From Fibrobacteria bacterium (lineage in GTDB: Bacteria > Fibrobacterota > Fibrobacteria > UBA11236 > JADFYW01), in the NCBI GenBank assembly GCA_050294405.1, contig JBNKOC010000028.1:224001-288000 (forward strand): a DNA stretch of 64,000 bases, read 5' to 3'. The notes beneath the pieces were generated by a model. That model made no database searches. It was given only the letters and a program-made list of their open reading frames with translations, and was not told the DNA's origin. Shown in pieces: positions 61,801 to 64,000 of the stretch; the first letter of the stretch is position 1; each line of letters starts with the position of its first letter. Both the position numbers and the translations under genes were made by a program.

Positions 61801-64000
61801 TGGTTCGTCTGTCTCTGGGTCCTCTTCAATTTTTGTATTGGGGGAAGGTTCATAACTTTCTTTTTCTTCCCGGTTGTTAATGACTTTAACCCGAAGGTAA
61901 TTGCTGTCCGAAACTTCAGGTTCTATTTCATATTGAGTGCTGCCGTCATTAAATATTTGGGCGTTTTCCCAATTGGTGTTACGGGGAGCCTCTTCCCAGG
62001 CATTTCCAATAAGGCTTACCCGGGCAAGCAATATTTCGGCTTGAGATACGCCGGGAGGTAAATCCCCCAGCCACATTCTTGTCATTTCCACATTGGATAA
62101 AAGTTTTTCAATGTCGTTGGCGCTGTTGGTAAAAATTTCGTGGTAAGAAGGCTCGTATATGGGAATTTGATATTTACGCCAATCATTTCGGAGGGGTTCG
62201 CAATTGGTGGAGGCATCGCATGTTTCTTCTAAATCAATGGAATAGCGTACAAAATTTTCTTTGGTATCCAGTACGCCATTGGAGTTTAAATCTTCGGTAT
62301 CATACAAGCGCCCGCTGTAATCATCGTTATTGTTTTCTGTGCCATTGATGCCGGGCAGAGGATCGGATTCACCCTCTTCGGGGTCCACATGGTCATCTTC
62401 TGCCGGGTCTTTTTCGCTGGAAAGCACGGTGTAACAGTCCGGTTTACATTCCCATTTTTGCCCTGTTTCTCCTGCGTTGGAGGGAATACCATCCAAGCCG
62501 TAATCTTTTGAATTGGTAAATTCACCGGGTAGTACTTCAGCATTTAAAATGCCATTGGGTTTATATCCTGCAATAGCAATATCTTCAGATACATTGCCTA
62601 AATCCACATTGAATTTTCCCTGGCGGCCTCTTATAACAACCTCTAAAATTCTTTGGCGGCTTTGGTTGCGAAGCCCAGGGCTCATGGCCCGCATGACACC
62701 GCCCCAGGATGTACCCTGAAGGTTATCGTTAGGCCTTAAAATAAATTTGAAAAGCCTTAGCTCGCGGGTGTTGGTACGGCTGCTCGATGTGGGCAAAAAA
62801 ACATTTTGAAATTGTTCGGTGAGGTTACTGTGCCAGATAAACTCTCCATTTCTTTGGTAATTTAAGAGGGGATCGTAATTGGGGTCCGTATCGCTGTTTC
62901 CCCCTGGAGGGGAGGCTTTAAACCAATTGTTAATGGTTAGGGGAAATTGAAACTCTTTTTTGGAACTTTCAAAGTCGTCTAAAAGAGCGGTGCCTTTGGG
63001 GTTTGGGTTGTAAAAGCTTTGTGCCATTTCCATTTCCCAATTCCATTTGGAGGGGGCTTGTGTTTCCACAAAGGGTACCAGATTTACAATATCAGTCATC
63101 CAACTGGGGCTTCCAGCCAGACGGCTGTTAAACCCCCACAAAAACTGCTGGAAGGGTTCTCTGCCCAGCTGAGGCCTTTCTTGAGTAGTGCTTTGGCTTT
63201 TGTATAAAAAGGTGGCTCCCAATAAACTTTCGTCGGATATTCCATCGAGCTTATACTCTAGGCGGGTTCCCAACAAGATTTTGTCCTGGATTTGAAAAAA
63301 GGGCGTACATTCATAACTAACATCAATTTTTGCGGTTGGGTCTTTGGCTCGCTGAGACAAAAGTGTTATTTGCCCTACTTCGTATAAAACCTCATAGTCC
63401 TCATCTTTTTTTAATTCAGTGGACCCGTTTAAATACAAACGCTCCGTTCCAGGTGTGATATCTAAACATCCAGACCCGCTAACTGAGTGAGACGTTTTAG
63501 TAACATCAAAAGTGGATTTTCTTTGTTTGCCAAAAATTTCGAAATGGTATTCGGAATTGAGTTCTCTGATTTCGTCAGGTGACCGGGTGTAAATTTGGGT
63601 ATTGGGATTTACTCTTTTAAAAGGTGTTAAACAATTTTTGTTATCCACCCCAAGGCCTGTGCTGTCCAAAACATTACAGGGGAGCACCAGATTTCCTTGT
63701 TCAAAATCAAAAATAAGAGGATTGTCGATATTTAATTCGGTGGGCTTATCGGGTTTGGTTAACCCAAGCAAGGTGGCATAGCTTTTTCCGCCTATGGTTT
63801 CTGCGTTGTTGGATTTCTTTTTTACTTTAAGTTTGAATTTGGATCTGTCTTCTGGGCTAACCTTGCCTATGCTGTATACATGCCGCCACATCAAGGGTTC
63901 TAAATCATTATTAACATCCACTCTTCGGGATTTGATTAATACCAATTTGGTTTTATCCGCAAAGGGAACTCCCGTGCGGGTTAAAGGATCCCCTCCGCCT
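58831..64000 (-). CDS. sprA: SprA/Sov-like large outer-membrane beta-barrel; 5' end lies beyond the window
   Basis: DITPGTE..DYEV.YEVGQI, LDDFE, WGGVMR, DLGNVSED, DTEDLN.NG.LD, FWVNDLR, terminal Phe. The frame stays open to 64000. Confidence 0.85.
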   Translation of the reverse strand, partial: GGGDPLTRTGVPFADKTKLVLIKSRRVDVNNDLEPLMWRHVYSIGKVSPEDRSKFKLKVKKKSNNAETIGGKSYATLLGLTKPDKPTELNIDNPLIFDFEQGNLVLPCNVLDSTGLGVDNKNCLTPFKRVNPNTQIYTRSPDEIRELNSEYHFEIFGKQRKSTFDVTKTSHSVSGSGCLDITPGTERLYLNGSTELKKDEDYEVLYEVGQITLLSQRAKDPTAKIDVSYECTPFFQIQDKILLGTRLEYKLDGISDESLLGATFLYKSQSTTQERPQLGREPFQQFLWGFNSRLAGSPSWMTDIVNLVPFVETQAPSKWNWEMEMAQSFYNPNPKGTALLDDFESSKKEFQFPLTINNWFKASPPGGNSDTDPNYDPLLNYQRNGEFIWHSNLTEQFQNVFLPTSSSRTNTRELRLFKFILRPNDNLQGTSWGGVMRAMSPGLRNQSRQRILEVVIRGRQGKFNVDLGNVSEDIAIAGYKPNGILNAEVLPGEFTNSKDYGLDGIPSNAGETGQKWECKPDCYTVLSSEKDPAEDDHVDPEEGESDPLPGINGTENNNDDYSGRLYDTEDLNSNGVLDTKENFVRYSIDLEETCDASTNCEPLRNDWRKYQIPIYEPSYHEIFTNSANDIEKLLSNVEMTRMWLGDLPPGVSQAEILLARVSLIGNAWEEAPRNTNWENAQIFNDGSTQYEIEPEVSDSNYLRVKVINNREEKESYEPSPNTKIEEDPETDEPLREQSLVLNYENLHPGEVVHATRIFGNDNKDLTLYSNLLMEVHPRYSADPQQNKVSFSLQLGRDDGNEESSNYYEIKIHADSTATSDHKSLWERHALDVRMGDLSALKNSSSWRSTRQNFVHSYNRARGDSSLVIGVVGDPSLSNINWMRLVIEVDSTAEVIQQGEFWVNDLRLRGVNRSSGISMRSSFQTEFADFINLSGNITATNGNFTSMTQNTKNTPANSKTTMDFNTNASLYANKFFPDAWGISLPLSIQYRGSVSRPFTKPYSDELLENHDISDLWDDFLSGELSSLNDSLDKQNAKSRYYQSRTLTEVMTAAYRKEKRSKNFFVQSAFERPALEFTYTNAKSGAPSQDDTTTSYKTRLTYDLSPYKPIQLKPWKFKKRSEYVPDFIQDFQFSPYPNRLNLVVADYSFVNSYQVKKDIQEIEPDVIEHDWEVDMTHGLDLSWRLFNFYNLNYRLSLIREFDNVHEEFSGPVFWDMNSRTGLFAWELLASSDSAAARGLDVYGVMANEKSRNNTFQMDFNPEILSFVSTSAKLSSQYKHTRSEEVSLTPTRLGVQGSFEPEHFQSESNHDISLNTGLRLNRLLQKLEKLSKPIPWLASSLKSANNGFNKIKLQNINASYTISHRYTGEEFTFEEMNRRGIDPFDFYAYQLGLIYDPSIIWNYPKFRDQVIMGHTNSDYRFFDYLSSPMVQNNQMKHIVTRTTDLRSGFTVPIIDLNLSGSMKWTKSYTFNRDYALARDNDTSFVFPDYTVTGRFSNFAPKIPFLKKHFRNFSANHSYNFKKEWRYNKWSEKANSINISHNFSPLVKLSATMKNNVRMENSVNWKFGHGVDSTKTLDSTQSPLLTWDGYKDLNTYSRKPDGGHTKKENWLWEDIFSLSYDIQTQKGIQFWRWYVKLENNLRFKLTAKVGAEKNTNYVKLAGNDNTKREVDLYEFNFSLRPEVSYNFTRKIDMLVYVQYMREQEFHTENEDTRQEIEVHSEFTMRF

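Noticed and set aside
18838..63207. Numerous antisense ORFs of 60-200 aa overlapping hppA, dhaK/L, clpX, sprA and others
   Set aside because: They are antisense shadows of well-supported genes and carry no motifs

Overview
Bacterial chromosomal window, most consistent with a Fibrobacterota-type organism (TIGR02147-like protein at the left edge, SprA homologue at the right edge; this is an inference, not a database hit). The left ~10.5 kb is the accessory and unusual part. It holds a tiny sigma54-preceded PEP-CTERM ORF and a compact cassette of an OmpA/peptidoglycan-binding protein, a PT-TG/PD-(D/E)XK toxin-like protein and a zinc amidase. It also holds a disrupted rRNA locus in which 16S and tRNA-Ile are separated from tRNA-Ala by FkbM/sqdB/glycosyltransferase genes, with no 23S following. 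The rest is mostly housekeeping: rpmE2-prfA-prmC, hppA, folD, murJ, apbE, divIVA-yggT-yggS, tig-clpP-clpX-lon-like, tRNA-Leu, rng and sprA. It also contains an AraC-controlled catabolic cluster for an unknown sugar, a translationally coupled four-gene envelope TPR operon, and a Lon homologue with degenerate ATPase motifs. No CRISPR array, integrase or transposase was seen.
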